64,000 nucleotides of DNA from Ignavibacteriota bacterium (GCA_963776275.1 CAVZMI010000023.1:320001-384000), one strand, 5' to 3'. Positions 18,562 through 28,681 are shown, counted from the stretch's first letter. Notes: generated from the sequence alone by a model not told the origin. Made by a program: numbers and translations.

Positions 18562-19482
18562 ATGAAGCATCATTCAGGAAAGAGGATAAACATAAACCTA
18601 GTCAAATATTCCATAATCGGTCTCGCAATAATACTGGTCTTTGTATTCTTATCTTTCTTCGCAAAGCAATTCTCAAAAACTAATCTGACAGTTGGTTGGG
18701 GCGACAGGAAAATATCGATTGAGACGGCCGGTCTAACAAATGCGGTGACTGCATCAAAAGAGACTTATATTGACTCGGAAATAGGATTTGCTTTTACTAA
18801 ACCAGAAAATATTTCCATAAGGATTGAACCGCCACTTATCGGGATTCGAAGTTATCTTAACTCTGATGGCGGAAACGTGAGTGAAAAGGAGTTTACTCAA
18901 ATTATCTCGGATGCCGGTGGATACTATGGCAAAGGAGAAATAGGTAATATGCTTGAAAACATGAAATGCTTTAGGTTCATTGTTGGTGAACCTATCTCGG
19001 TTGAACTGACTGATCAATCAACAAGCGACTATCTTGAATGGGTAATCCCAGGACTTGTGCAACAAAATAAGCTGCAAAAGAAAGATATTCCAAACTTTAG
19101 AAAGCAACAATTCGGAAATATGCCTGCCACTTTATCGAATTCCTTCTCAATTACAGTATTTAAAAAGAGCTATTTAGAAAGTCTTCCTTTTAAATATAAT
19201 ATTGTCCGGCTTGTCCTTGAAAGTAGTCATTCGATGCGAGCCTGGGTGAAAAGCATCGCGGCGGATGATAGGGCTACGCTTACTGCGCTAACCGTAGACA
19301 TAAAGAACATAAAGGTGAACGGATTAATCAAGGATTTGCAAATTGAAAAAATGTCTTTGTACACAGAGAATAGTAAATATTTCTTCCACGTAGAGTCTTC
19401 ATATTCCCCTCAAACAAACAGTCCCGAAATCGTTTGGAAAGTGCTGGAAGAAATGATTCATTCGTTTCGGGCAGCGATTTAG
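18562..19482 (+). CDS. Hypothetical N-terminally membrane-anchored protein
   Basis: AGGAGG RBS; one N-terminal TM helix; no recognised motif. Confidence 0.7.
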   Translation: MKHHSGKRININLVKYSIIGLAIILVFVFLSFFAKQFSKTNLTVGWGDRKISIETAGLTNAVTASKETYIDSEIGFAFTKPENISIRIEPPLIGIRSYLNSDGGNVSEKEFTQIISDAGGYYGKGEIGNMLENMKCFRFIVGEPISVELTDQSTSDYLEWVIPGLVQQNKLQKKDIPNFRKQQFGNMPATLSNSFSITVFKKSYLESLPFKYNIVRLVLESSHSMRAWVKSIAADDRATLTALTVDIKNIKVNGLIKDLQIEKMSLYTENSKYFFHVESSYSPQTNSPEIVWKVLEEMIHSFRAAI

Positions 19483-19676
19483 GGATGGCTGAGCGGCTAC
19501 CTCTGCGCGATGAATAAAAGCATCGGCTGACGGGCAAAGCTGTCCCAATAAACGCTCCGTTGAAAAGCACATGGTAAATTGTTACATTTAGCATGGCGAG
19601 TATATGTACATTGCAGATTAATCTTAAGAGCAGATGATCGAGTTTTTTGAAAAAAAATAAAAGAAAGGGTAATGCC

Positions 19677-20915
19677 ATGTGCCTCAATACGATAAGAAAC
19701 AAATTATCAAGCCTTATATTGATAGTATTTGCTTTGGTGGCGGCAGGTTGTTGCCCATCTCCCACCGGACCATCAGAAATACCGGGCGCAGCGACCATTG
19801 ATTTAAACGTCCCTCAGCAGCTTATCAGGGGCTTTGGCGGCGTAAATATGCCCGGATGGATTCCCGATTTGACTTCTAATCAAGTCCAGACGGCTTTTGG
19901 CACCGGGACCGGTCAAATTGGTCTGACCATACTGCGCATTCGCGTCTCTTACGATTCGATGGAATTTAATCTGGAAGTTCCCACTGCACTGCTGGCAAAA
20001 TCGCTCGGAGCAACAATATTTGCATCACCCTGGACACCTCCGGCTTCAATGAAAACAAACAATAATATCGCAGGAGGCGCTCTCGATACTAATTATTATG
20101 CGGCTTATGCGGCCCATTTAAAATCTTTCGCCGATTATATGTCAAACAACGGCGTTCCTTTATATGCCGTATCGGTTCAGAACGAACCAGATTACTCGGC
20201 AACATATGAAACCTGCGTTTGGACCCCATCACAATTGCTCAAGTTTGTCAAAAATAATGTGCAGACAATCGGCACCAGAATCATCGTACCCGAAGTGGGA
20301 AATTTCGATCATGCATTTTCCGACCCTATACTCAACGATCCTGTCGCCGCAGCGAATGTATCCATCATCGGCGGACACATTTACGGAGGAGGGCTCACAA
20401 GTTATCCTCTGGCCATCAGCAAAGGTAAAGAGGTATGGATGACCGAACATTGTGATACTGCCAGAACATGGACTGCTATTCTCGGAACAGCCAAAGAAAT
20501 TAATGATTGTATGAATGCGGACATGAACGCTTACGTGTGGTGGTATATCAGAAGGTTTTACGGCCTGATCGACGACAACAGTAACATCACCAAACGAGGT
20601 TATGTAATGTCTCAATATGCTAAATTCATTCGTCCGGGATTCTATAGGGTAAGTGCTACAGCCAATCCTCAGACAAATGTCGATGTCACTGCATATAAAA
20701 AAGGCTCCAAGGTGGTCATCGTTGCTTTAAACAGAAATTCATCTTCAACCGATCAAACATTTACGATCTGGAACGGGGCACCATATATGACGTTTACGCC
20801 CTATATCACATCAAGTACTAAGAATTGTGCACAGGGAAGTGATATTGCCGTACCAAACGGTAGTTTTACCGTTACTCTTGATTCATCTAGTGTGACGACT
20901 TTCGTGTTGAACTAA
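19677..20915 (+). CDS. GH30 (subfamily 8-like) glucuronoxylanase lipoprotein, copy 1
   Basis: AAGC lipobox; IRGFGG, ASPWTPP, QNEPD (acid/base), WMTE (nucleophile), WWYIRRFYG. Confidence 0.88.
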   Translation: MCLNTIRNKLSSLILIVFALVAAGCCPSPTGPSEIPGAATIDLNVPQQLIRGFGGVNMPGWIPDLTSNQVQTAFGTGTGQIGLTILRIRVSYDSMEFNLEVPTALLAKSLGATIFASPWTPPASMKTNNNIAGGALDTNYYAAYAAHLKSFADYMSNNGVPLYAVSVQNEPDYSATYETCVWTPSQLLKFVKNNVQTIGTRIIVPEVGNFDHAFSDPILNDPVAAANVSIIGGHIYGGGLTSYPLAISKGKEVWMTEHCDTARTWTAILGTAKEINDCMNADMNAYVWWYIRRFYGLIDDNSNITKRGYVMSQYAKFIRPGFYRVSATANPQTNVDVTAYKKGSKVVIVALNRNSSSTDQTFTIWNGAPYMTFTPYITSSTKNCAQGSDIAVPNGSFTVTLDSSSVTTFVLN

Positions 20916-20952
20916 AAGTTAAGACAATACGTTTGTGTTGTTTCGATAAATC

Positions 20953-20984
20953 ATCTCCTTGCTTTATCCAAAGGCAAGGAGATT
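20953..20984 (+). terminator. Hairpin after GH30 copy 1
   Basis: ATCTCCTTGC-TTTATCCAAAG-GCAAGGAGAT; identical copy after GH30 copy 2. Confidence 0.55.
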
Positions 20985-21105
20985 CTGTCCTCTACGGTAG
21001 TTAGACTTCCGTGTAGAAGATTCTGTGGCCGGCGGATGCTTTATAGTAAGAGTCAATGATCAGACTGGAGAAGCACAAGTCATATAGGGACATGAAATAT
21101 TTGCC

Positions 21106-21245
21106 GCTTAGCCAGTCCCTCCCCACAAATAACACGTGATTCCACATAAAACGTTCAACAAGCTAACGGAATGAACGCCTAATTGAAAAGCACGGTGAAA
21201 ATGTTTACATTTTGCATAACGAGCATAGGTGCAGTCCAGATTTAT
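21106..21245 (+). other. attC remnant (left arm and body) with the 38-nt insertion
   Basis: GCTTAGC-CAGTC-CCTC[38 nt]AAGCTAACGGAATGAACGCC aligns to attC1 TTCTAAC-CGGTC-GCTCAAGCTGACGTAATGAGCGCC; GCATAACGAGCATAGGT matches attC1 GCATGGCGCGCATAGGT. Confidence 0.6.
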
Positions 21246-21299
21246 CTAAAGAGAAGATGATCAGGTATTTTGAAAAAAATCAAATGAAAGGGTAAAGTT

Positions 21300-22556
21300 A
21301 TGTGCCTTAATACGATAAGAAACAATTTATTAAACCTTATACTAGTATTTACTTTGATGGCGGCAGGTTGTTCAAAGAAAGACACAATTAACGGACCTTC
21401 AGATGAATCGGGGACTGCCTCCGTTGATTTAGCTAATACCCACCAGGTGATAAGGGGCTTTGGTGCTGCGAACATACTTCCCTGGCGTCCTGATATGACT
21501 GTTGATCAAATCAACACGGCTTTTAGTACCGGAACAGGACAATTAGGTTTCACCATACTTCGCCTGCGCGTACCGCCTGACACATCTCAGTTCGCCATTC
21601 AGGTTGCTACTGCTCAGTTAGCACATGCTCAGGGAGTGACAATCATAGCTTCTCCCTGGACTCCACCTGCTTCGATGAAGACCAACAATAATATCGTTGG
21701 AGGCGAACTCAAGACTGATTCTTATGCAGCCTATGCGGCGCATCTGAAAGCGTTTGGCGATTATATGTCGAGCAACGGTGTTCCGTTGTATGCTGTATCC
21801 GTTCAAAACGAACCCGATGTAACGGTCACCTATGAGTCCTGCTATTGGAATGCAACACAAATGGTTAACTTTGTGAAGAACAATGTGCCCTCTATCGGAA
21901 TCAATATCATCGCAGATGAGTCAATGAATTTCAGCCACACCATTACAGATGCGATATTGAATGATCCTGTTGCCGCTGCGAACCTTTCCATTGTCGGTGG
22001 TCATCTGTACGGAGGAGGGCTAGTGAGTTATCCCCTAGCTATGAGCAAAGGGAAAGATTTATGGATGACCGAATATCTTGATACTATTACTACTTGGTCT
22101 CATGTTCTTGCCACAGGCAAACAAATTAATGATTGTATGAATGCGAGTATGAATGCGTATATCTGGTGGTATATTGTTCGCTTCTACGGACCGATCGATG
22201 ATGGTGAAAGAGGAGGTACTAAAGGAAACGTAACCAAACGAGGTTATGTCATGTCGCAGTACGCCAGATTCGTTCGTCCGGGATACTATAGGGTAAGTGC
22301 CACAGCCAGCCCTCAGACAAATGTTGATGTAACTGCATATAAAAACGGCTCCAAGGTGGTCATTGTCGTTTTGAACAGAAATTCATCTTCAATCGATCAA
22401 ACATTTACGATCCAGAACGGGACAGTCACGACGTTTACGCCCTATGTCACATCAAGTAGTAAGAATTGTGTACAGGGAAGTGATATTACTGTATCAAACG
22501 GTAGTTTTACCGTTACTCTTGATTCATCGAGTGTGACGACTTTCGTGTCGAACTAA
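21300..22556 (+). CDS. GH30 (subfamily 8-like) glucuronoxylanase lipoprotein, copy 2
   Basis: AAGC lipobox; QNEPD, WMTE, WWYIVRFYG; tandem paralogue of 19677..20915. Confidence 0.88.
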   Translation: MCLNTIRNNLLNLILVFTLMAAGCSKKDTINGPSDESGTASVDLANTHQVIRGFGAANILPWRPDMTVDQINTAFSTGTGQLGFTILRLRVPPDTSQFAIQVATAQLAHAQGVTIIASPWTPPASMKTNNNIVGGELKTDSYAAYAAHLKAFGDYMSSNGVPLYAVSVQNEPDVTVTYESCYWNATQMVNFVKNNVPSIGINIIADESMNFSHTITDAILNDPVAAANLSIVGGHLYGGGLVSYPLAMSKGKDLWMTEYLDTITTWSHVLATGKQINDCMNASMNAYIWWYIVRFYGPIDDGERGGTKGNVTKRGYVMSQYARFVRPGYYRVSATASPQTNVDVTAYKNGSKVVIVVLNRNSSSIDQTFTIQNGTVTTFTPYVTSSSKNCVQGSDITVSNGSFTVTLDSSSVTTFVSN

Positions 22557-22591
22557 AAGTTAAGACAATACGTTTGTCTTGCTTCGATAAA

Positions 22592-22625
22592 TCATCTCCT
22601 TGCTTTATCCAAAGGCAAGGAGATT
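22592..22625 (+). terminator. Hairpin after GH30 copy 2
   Basis: Same ATCTCCTTGC...GCAAGGAGAT hairpin as after copy 1. Confidence 0.55.
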
Positions 22626-22888
22626 CTATCCTCAACGATAGTTAAACTTCCGGGATAAGAATCCCCAGCCGGCGGACGCAGCCGTGCTCCATTATTTTTG
22701 AAACGTAAAATATCTCTTAGCTGCAGCGATAAAGAATAACTCGATAGAGAAAATCCGGTAACTTATGGAAAGATGATAGCGTCGCTTCGTAGAGGTTTTT
22801 TGACTCAAAATACTCGGAGGACTCTGTGGGACGGATGAACGCCATATAGAATTAATCGTTCACTCACTCTAACAACAGGGAGAGTACC

Positions 22889-23563
22889 ATGAAAAATTTC
22901 ATCATTTACACTATCATTTCATTAAGTATGATCTCTCTCGTCCATGCACAGGATATCGATATTTCTTCGAAGAGCGCAAAAGCCAGGATCGGAGATATCG
23001 ACATCTCGGTGAAAAAAGCGCCTTTTATTCAGGGAGACTGGGAACTCTCGATGTCCGGAGCGCTCGGACAATATACGACGAAAACTACCACCTCTATGAA
23101 TTCCTGGAATTATGGTAATGAATCAAAAGAAAATTTCGCCACCATCTCTCTTACAGCCGGATACTATTTTATCGATTGGCTGTCGCTTGAACCGGAAGTG
23201 AACCTCTTTGCATATGAGGGAGGACGGCCGGGAGAATCGGTCCTATTAAATCTTTCGTTCACATATCCGCTAGAACACTCTATCGTGGCTCCTTTCATTC
23301 GGGGAGGGTTTGGACTTGGTAATGCCGGCTTTATTACGGGAAATCTTCCATTTTCCTCTTTTGTTTCTGATAAATTCGATGTGAAAACATTCAATGCAGG
23401 TGCCGGAGTAAAACTTCTGATCGCTCAAAGTGTCGCGCTTAAGATAGAGCTGAATTATCGATATCAAACCTATACAGAAAATTATACCGGCTGTATCTTA
23501 TATTCAGTCAATAATAAAAATTCAATGATCAGACTCTTTGTCGGGTTTTCTGTTCTATTGTAA
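22889..23563 (+). CDS. Outer-membrane beta-barrel protein
   Basis: Signal peptide; amphipathic strands (AGYYF, SLEPE, APFIRGGFG, FNAGAGVK, RLFVGFSVLL). Confidence 0.75.
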   Translation: MKNFIIYTIISLSMISLVHAQDIDISSKSAKARIGDIDISVKKAPFIQGDWELSMSGALGQYTTKTTTSMNSWNYGNESKENFATISLTAGYYFIDWLSLEPEVNLFAYEGGRPGESVLLNLSFTYPLEHSIVAPFIRGGFGLGNAGFITGNLPFSSFVSDKFDVKTFNAGAGVKLLIAQSVALKIELNYRYQTYTENYTGCILYSVNNKNSMIRLFVGFSVLL

Positions 23564-23594
23564 TACCATCATAAGCTGTAAGTGACACCGAAAA

Positions 23595-23628
23595 CAGAAA
23601 GGGAGCCTCCATTAAGGGGCTCCCTTCT
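23595..23628. terminator. Bidirectional terminator
   Basis: GAAAGGGAGCCTC-CATTAA-GGGGCTCCCTTC between convergent genes. Confidence 0.65.
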
Positions 23629-23652
23629 ATTATTGAGGCATCAATTTTTTTA

Positions 23653-25008
23653 TTAAATATCCTTACCCTGGACGATAGGAATAAATCGAAACGATCCATC
23701 CGTACCAACATCGACAGAGATCGTATTCCCTTCGGCAATTTCTCCTGCAAGAATTTTTTCAGATAATTTATTCACGACATGTTTTTGAATTATCCGTTTA
23801 AGCGGACGGGCACCAAACTGCAGATCGTATCCCGCCTTTGCAAGCCACGTCTTTGCCGAATCGGTGAAATTGAGTATGATATTCTTTGCTTTCACCAATA
23901 CCTGTAGATTACGGAGCTGCAAATCAACAATTTGAACTATATCGTCGCGTGTAAGAGTTTTAAACATGATGATTTCATCGACACGATTAAGGAACTCCGG
24001 ACGGATCGTCTGTTTGAGCAGGTCGAATAGTTTAATCCTGACAGCCTCCATGACCTCATTGCGGTTTACATCGGTCATGTTCTGCGTCCACTCCATGATG
24101 ATATTCGATCCGAGGTTCGAGGTCATGATGATGATCGTATTCCGGAAATTAACAGTCCGTCCTTTGCTGTCGGTCAGCCGGCCTTCATCCAACACCTGCA
24201 GAAGCACATTGAACACCTCCGGATGCGCCTTTTCGATTTCATCAAGCAGCACAACGGAATAAGGTTTCCGCCGGACTGACTCGGTAAGCTGTCCGCCTTC
24301 CTCGTAACCGACATAACCGGGCGGCGCACCGATGAGACGTGATACGGAGAATTTTTCCATATACTCGCTCATGTCAATGCGCACCATTGCATTTTCATCG
24401 TTGAAGAGCGACTCGGCAAGTGCACGGGCAAGTTCGGTCTTTCCGACTCCGGTCGAGCCAAGAAAAATAAATGATCCGATCGGTCTTCGCTCATCCTGCA
24501 ATCCCGCTCGCGCACGACGCACGGCATCGCTCACTGCCTGGACTGCCTCGACCTGATCGACCAACCGTTCGTGTATCCGTTCTTCAAGATGCAGTAATTT
24601 CGACCGCTCGCTTTCGAGCATGCGGCTGACCGGGATACCGGTCCATTTTGCCACGATCTCTGCAACGTCCTCGGCATCGACTTCTTCCTTCAACATTTTC
24701 CGATTTTTCTGAACTACTGCGAGCTCTTGTGTTGCGGCTTTCAGTCTTTTTTCGAGGTTAGCAATTACTCCATAGCGCAGTTCGGCGACTTTTGCAAGAT
24801 CGCCTTCGCGTTCTTTCTTTTCAGCCTCGTTTCGCGCTTTCTCGATCTCGGATTTCATTGTCCGTATAGATTGTATGAGATTCTTCTCATTCTGCCAGTG
24901 TGTTTTCAGCTGAGTGCGGACTTCGTTGAGATCTGCAATTTCTTTTTCAATCTCATAGAGTCGCTTTTTTGTCGTTTCCTGCATTTTCTCTTGTGTAAAT
25001 TCAGTCAT
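23653..25008 (-). CDS. clpB: ClpB C-terminal half (rest of M-domain plus NBD2)
   Basis: [21 protein letters not shown] Walker [26 protein letters not shown]; own GAGGA RBS and ATG. Confidence 0.9.
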   Translation of the reverse strand: MTEFTQEKMQETTKKRLYEIEKEIADLNEVRTQLKTHWQNEKNLIQSIRTMKSEIEKARNEAEKKEREGDLAKVAELRYGVIANLEKRLKAATQELAVVQKNRKMLKEEVDAEDVAEIVAKWTGIPVSRMLESERSKLLHLEERIHERLVDQVEAVQAVSDAVRRARAGLQDERRPIGSFIFLGSTGVGKTELARALAESLFNDENAMVRIDMSEYMEKFSVSRLIGAPPGYVGYEEGGQLTESVRRKPYSVVLLDEIEKAHPEVFNVLLQVLDEGRLTDSKGRTVNFRNTIIIMTSNLGSNIIMEWTQNMTDVNRNEVMEAVRIKLFDLLKQTIRPEFLNRVDEIIMFKTLTRDDIVQIVDLQLRNLQVLVKAKNIILNFTDSAKTWLAKAGYDLQFGARPLKRIIQKHVVNKLSEKILAGEIAEGNTISVDVGTDGSFRFIPIVQGKDI

Positions 25009-25024
25009 TGTTCCTCACATCCTT

Positions 25025-26338
25025 TTATGCCTGTAATTCGCGTTTCAACGCTTCACGTTCGATTTCCAATTGTTTGATTTTTCTCTCAATTTCATCGAGT
25101 TCTTCCGGCATTGAATCGATTTCAATCCGCAGTTTTGAGGCGGCTTCATCGATCAGGTCTATCGCCTTATCGGGAAGGAATCGATCCGAGATGTACCGAT
25201 GACTCAGTTGTGCTGCTGCGACAATCGCACCGTCGGTAATACGCACGCCGTGGTGGATTTCATATCGTTCTTTTAATCCTCGCAGAATCGAAACCGTATC
25301 CTCGACTGTCGGCTCATCGACAAGAACCGGCTGGAACCGGCGTTCCAGAGCCGCATCTTTCTCAACATGCTTCCGATATTCATCGATCGTTGTGGCGCCT
25401 ATAGCCCGGAGGTCACCGCGTGCCAGTGCGGGTTTTAGCATATTCGCGGCATCGACAGCTCCCTGTGCGGCTCCGGCACCTACGAGCGTATGAAGTTCAT
25501 CAATGAATAGAATAATTTCGCCGTTGGATTGAATTACTTCGTTTAACACGGCTTTCAATCGCTCTTCAAATTGTCCACGAAAGCTCGTCCCTGCGACAAG
25601 CGTTCCCATATCGAGCGCAACAATCCGCTTGGTTCGTAAAGACTCCGGCACATCGCCGTTAACAATTCTCTGAGCAATTCCTTCGGCGATTGCAGTTTTT
25701 CCGACGCCGGGTTCACCGATTAGAACAGGGTTATTTTTCGTACGCCGTGAAAGAACCTGAAGGACTCTTCGGATTTCATCATCGCGTCCGATAACCGGGT
25801 CGAGTTTACCGCGCCGGGCAAGATCGTTCAGATCGCGTCCGAATTTTTGCAATGCCTGATATTTATCTTCAGCATTTTGATCTGTCACGCGCTGGCTGCC
25901 GCGGATTTCTTTAAGGACTTTATATACATCCTCTTTTTTGACTCCCTGATCAATCAGGAGTTTTGCTCCTTTATTTTGCTTTTCTTCAATAAGTCCAAGG
26001 AGCAGATGTTCGGTACTGACATATTCGTCTTTAAGCTGGTTCGCTTCCTTGAGTGCCGTTTCGAATACCTGCCCGAGTGATTGTGAGACAAACTGGTTCC
26101 CAAGCTCGGCACCCGATATTTTGGGGAGTTTCTCAATCGCTTCATTGATCTTGATTTTGATATAATTCACATTGGCTCCGACCTTCTGTAGAATCGGAAC
26201 AGTAATCCCGGCCGCATCCTGGATAAGCGCAGCAAGGAGATGTTCCGGCTCTATAGACTGACTGCCATAACTGGTTGCAATCTCCTGAGCATTTTGAACA
26301 GCTTCCTGCGCTTTAATTGTAAATTTATTAAAATTCAT
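25025..26338 (-). CDS. clpB: ClpB N-terminal half (N-domain, NBD1, first M-domain helix)
   Basis: [40 protein letters not shown]; ends [11 protein letters not shown]-stop. Confidence 0.9.
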   Translation of the reverse strand: MNFNKFTIKAQEAVQNAQEIATSYGSQSIEPEHLLAALIQDAAGITVPILQKVGANVNYIKIKINEAIEKLPKISGAELGNQFVSQSLGQVFETALKEANQLKDEYVSTEHLLLGLIEEKQNKGAKLLIDQGVKKEDVYKVLKEIRGSQRVTDQNAEDKYQALQKFGRDLNDLARRGKLDPVIGRDDEIRRVLQVLSRRTKNNPVLIGEPGVGKTAIAEGIAQRIVNGDVPESLRTKRIVALDMGTLVAGTSFRGQFEERLKAVLNEVIQSNGEIILFIDELHTLVGAGAAQGAVDAANMLKPALARGDLRAIGATTIDEYRKHVEKDAALERRFQPVLVDEPTVEDTVSILRGLKERYEIHHGVRITDGAIVAAAQLSHRYISDRFLPDKAIDLIDEAASKLRIEIDSMPEELDEIERKIKQLEIEREALKRELQA

Positions 26339-26531
26339 AACTTCTTAATCCTTATCTAAAATGAAGATTATTTATATGGCTTTTCCTAAGTAAAAAGTAA
26401 ATCCCTCAACGCGCTCGGGACGAGAATTAAAAAGGGAAAAATTCATACCGAGCCTGCCGGAATCATATTACCTTTTTTACTTTTTTAATTTTTCCTTTTT
26501 CCTTATAACCAGCATTATTAACTATATCATG

Positions 26532-26562
26532 GAAAAGGCGAGGTGGAATTCCTCGCCTTCTC
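26532..26562 (-). terminator. Intrinsic terminator after dnaK
   Basis: AAGGCGAGG-TGGAATT-CCTCGCCTT stem with a short U tract on the minus strand. Confidence 0.6.
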
Positions 26563-26581
26563 AATTCCACTATGATTACGG

Positions 26582-28509
26582 TTATTTATCTTTATCATCT
26601 ACAACTTCAAAGTCGGCGTCCTCGACAGCTTTCCCATCGGGTTTCTTTTGCTCGCCGGCTGGCTGCTGTTGTCCGCTCTGTTGAGTACCGGCGGCCTGTT
26701 GTTGAGTCGCCTGCTGGTACATTTGTGTCGAGACTTCATTCCAGGCGGCATTGAGTCCATCCATTGCAGTCTTGATATCGGCCGAGACTCCCGTCTTAAT
26801 CGCGTCTTTGAGTTTGCTGTTTGCGCCCTCAATTTTCGATTTCATTTCGGGCGTCATTTTATCACCGAGATCTTTTAATTGTTTGTCAGTCTGGAACGAC
26901 AGTGTATCGGCCTGGTTTTTCATGTCGATTTCTTCTTTGCGCTTTTTATCTTCAGCGGCATGGGCCGTTGCATCAGTCTTCATCTTTTCGATTTCTTCCT
27001 TCGTCAAACCAGACGATGAGGTAATCCGTATACTCTGTTCCTTGTTGGTTCCTTTATCCTTAGCCGATACGTGCAAAATACCGTTCGCATCGATATCAAA
27101 TGTAACTTCGATCTGAGGTATTCCGCGCGGAGCCGGTGGAATTCCATCGAGATGGAACCGGCCGAGCGTACGGTTATCGACGGCCATCGGACGTTCACCC
27201 TGCAGGATATGTATTTCGACAGATGTCTGACTGTCCGACGCTGTCGAAAAGATCTCGCTTTTCTTTGTCGGGATCGTCGTGTTCGCTGTGATGAGCGTTG
27301 TCATGACTCCGCCAAGAGTTTCGATACCGAGTGAAAGCGGCGTAACATCGAGCAAGTAGAACATCCGTAACATCTCCCGCAAGAACGCCTCCCTGAATTG
27401 CAGCACCGACAGCGACTACTTCATCAGGGATTGACACCTTTATGTCCTTCTCTCCCAAAAATATCCTTAACAAGCTGTTGTACCCGCGGCATACGGGTCA
27501 TACCACCGACAAGAATCACTTCATCGATCTGGTTTGGCTGCAGGTTTGCATCATGAAGAGCTTTTTCAACCGGCGAAATACATCGCTTCACAAGATCATC
27601 GACGAGCTGCTCAAATTTTGCGCGTGTGATCGACATATTCAGATGTTTCGGACCTTCCTGTGTTGCGGTAATAAACGGCAGATTGATTTCGGTCTGCATC
27701 ATTGTCGAAAGCTCCATTTTTGCTTTCTCTGATGCTTCGCGAAGACGCTGAAGTGACATTGGATCTTTCCGTAGATCGACCCCTTCCTGTTTCTGGAACT
27801 CGTCGGCAACATAATCGAGCAATCTCTGGTCGAAGTTATCTCCACCGAGATGGGTATCGCCATTCGTCGATTTTACCTCGAAAACTCCTTCACCAAGTTC
27901 GAGAATCGATATATCAAAAGTGCCGCCGCCGAGGTCAAAGACTGCAACTTTTGAATCCTTGTGTTTTTTATCGAGGCCATAGGCGAGTGCGGCTGCTGTT
28001 GGCTCATTGATGATACGCCGGACATTCAAACCTGCAATTTCTCCTGCTTCTTTTGTCGCCTGTCGCTGTGCATCGTTGAAATATGCCGGGACTGTAATTA
28101 CGGCTTCCGTCACTTTCTGACCTAAATAATCTTCTGCAGTCTGTTTCATCTTCTGCAGAATCATTGCGCTGACTTCGGGTGGTGAATATACACGGTCTCC
28201 GATCTGGACGCGTGCCGTGTTATTATCGCCATGCACCACCTTATAAGGGACAAGCTTCATTTCTTCATTGACCTCATCATAAAATCGTCCCATGAAACGC
28301 TTGATCGAGAATACAGTGTTTTGAGAATTTGTAACAGCCTGACGTTTTGCAGCCTGCCCGACAAGCCGCTCGCCATTTTTCGCAAAGCCGACCACTGATG
28401 GAGTCGTTCGTCCACCTTCGGAATTTGCAATGACGGCCGGTTCGTTTCCTTCCATAACGGCAACAACCGAGTTGGTGGTGCCGAGGTCGATTCCGATAAT
28501 TTTACTCAT
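26582..28509 (-). CDS. dnaK: Chaperone DnaK (two frameshifts at about 27430 and 27355, probably assembly errors)
   Basis: [27 protein letters not shown]; [13 protein letters not shown] lies in a middle frame; [13 protein letters not shown]. Confidence 0.95.
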
Positions 28510-28593
28510 TGATTATTACTCTCCTTCAGAAAAATAAACTCTCTTCCTATTGTCTGGAAGAGATAATTTCCTTCAATTTCTTATTAAATATTA

Positions 28594-28609
28594 ACCAATT
28601 CCTGTGCCA
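28594..28609 (-). promoter_or_regulatory. Putative sigma54 (-24/-12) promoter of dnaK
   Basis: Minus strand TGGCAC-AGGAA-TTGGT; one mismatch to TGGCAC-N5-TTGC at -12. Confidence 0.45.
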
Positions 28610-28681
28610 ATTCCTAACCCTTTATTTCGATTGATTTTAAGGGATTCTTAGGATAATAAAAAGGACTTCTCAGAACAATTA

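Larger units (their letters stand above)
12987..22680 (+). mobile_element. Integron gene-cassette array without an adjacent integrase, decaying distally; distal boundary uncertain
   Basis: All ORFs co-oriented and mostly AT-rich, separated by homologous attC-like spacers. Cassette ends are complementary to cassette starts: 12987-12997/14210-14220, 15069-15077/16151-16159, 17776-17789/18485-18498. Confidence 0.85.

Noticed and set aside
12987-21245. CRISPR array or group II intron as the explanation for the repeated spacers
   Set aside because: The repeats are separated by whole genes, have attC box geometry, and no cas or reverse transcriptase gene is present.
22160-22192. Loss of glucuronic-acid specificity in GH30 copy 2 (WWYIVR versus WWYIRR)
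   Set aside because: By my recollection of GH30_8 numbering, the specificity Arg is the second one, two residues before the Tyr, and both copies retain it; an alignment is needed to confirm.
27340-27440. Split dnaK analogous to split clpB
   Set aside because: The conserved peptide continues in a middle frame with no spacer, RBS or added residues; two single-base insertions explain it.
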